This document shows, in pieces, positions 63,166 to 64,000 of a DNA stretch of 64,000 nucleotides (its first letter is position 1; each line of letters begins with the position of its first letter). The position numbers were made by a program, and so were the translations under genes. The notes below the pieces were generated by a model that saw only the letters and a program-made list of their open reading frames with translations, made no database searches and was not told where the DNA came from. The stretch comes from Lama guanicoe (Eukaryota), in the NCBI GenBank assembly GCA_013239625.1, contig MU053513.1, forward strand, positions 1,042,927 to 1,106,926, in the 5' to 3' direction.

Positions 63166-63826
63166 AGAAGGAAAATCTAAAATTTTTTATCACATTGATT
63201 ATTAATCATCTGCTAAATCACAAAAAAAAACCCAGCTGTGTGTGTGAGGTGAGAAAAGATATTGTTGCCCAACGATCTTAACAAGGGGAGATCATGAGAA
63301 AGATCTGTAACCATTTCTAAAAATACGGAGGTCCGCATCAACCCTCTGAAATTCAGTTATTCAGATATGAATTCACAGCTGAGAATCACTGTTTTAGGCA
63401 GAGACAATAGGAAATGCGAACATAGATGTAGAGTAAATAAAGGAAGGAATATGAATATGAATATACAAAAGGAATCAGTACATTTTTAGATTTTACTTCT
63501 ATAATATGAGCAACTGAGATATTGAGTGATGTCCTAATAAACAATGATATAAATTTTAATTCTTCCTGATTGTTAATGTTGTTCTTCTGTATCCTTAATG
63601 TTTGTGCAAATGAATTTCATCATTAATTCTTCCATTAAGACTTCTGGATCTCCTACCGCATGCCAAGAACACCTTAGGTGCCGGGGTTTTAAAGAAAGAC
63701 GAGATGAGGCTCCCCTTTCAAGGGGAGACATGTTTTTACTTGAGAAACATGAAGAACAATCATTTTAACTCCATGCTTTCATGATATGTTTGACTTAATT
63801 TGCCCAGAGTTTGTGTAGTTTTGAAA

Positions 63827-63870
63827 TTCTTTTTTTTATTGAAATATAGTTGATTTACAATATTGTGTCA
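63827..63870 (-). mobile_element. Tiny L1 3' terminus
   Basis: 'tttttttattgaaatatagttgatttacaatattgtgt'. Confidence 0.75.
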
Positions 63871-64000
63871 CGGTCTCAAATAATAAGAAAGTAGATTCTG
63901 AATGATTTTATTTCATCTTCTCCACTCTTCTAAAAATAATCAAAAATTTAAAAATTTCAAGGTTAACAAAAGGTAAATAATCTTTTATCTTCCTAGAAAC

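Noticed and set aside
1..64000. CRISPR arrays, operons, rRNA/tRNA genes
   Set aside because: Mammalian sequence; no regularly spaced repeat-spacer array or structural RNA gene seen, and the short tandem duplications are two-copy slippage events

Overview
Eutherian mammal DNA. It is AT-rich, has no CpG island and contains three assembly gaps (2745-2946, 13915-14728, 36392-36519). It looks like a gene desert or a very long intron. I recognise no intact protein-coding gene, RNA gene or CRISPR array; the ORF track is mostly chance ORFs, repeat-derived ORFs or N-run artefacts. Much of the window is interspersed repeats: MIR, L2, old and young L1, MLT1/LTR33/MER31/MER34-type LTRs, an ERVL pol/dUTPase relic, a 6-bp-TSD ERVK-type solo LTR, and Tigger/MER53/MER58/MER5 DNA transposons. 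The young L1 3' UTRs look artiodactyl-like and I see no Alu, B1, Bov-A, PRE-1 or CanSINE, which tentatively suggests a camelid (inference only). The most interesting non-repeat signals are: (i) a ~1 kb decayed coding-like island at 7100-8130 (-) with PARP-like motifs in the expected order; (ii) a candidate 15-nt microexon (-); (iii) a candidate recursive splice site (-); (iv) an array of four perfect AGGTCA half-sites at DR2 spacing abutting ERR/SF-1-type sites. All subfamily names come from recall of consensus sequences, not from a database search.
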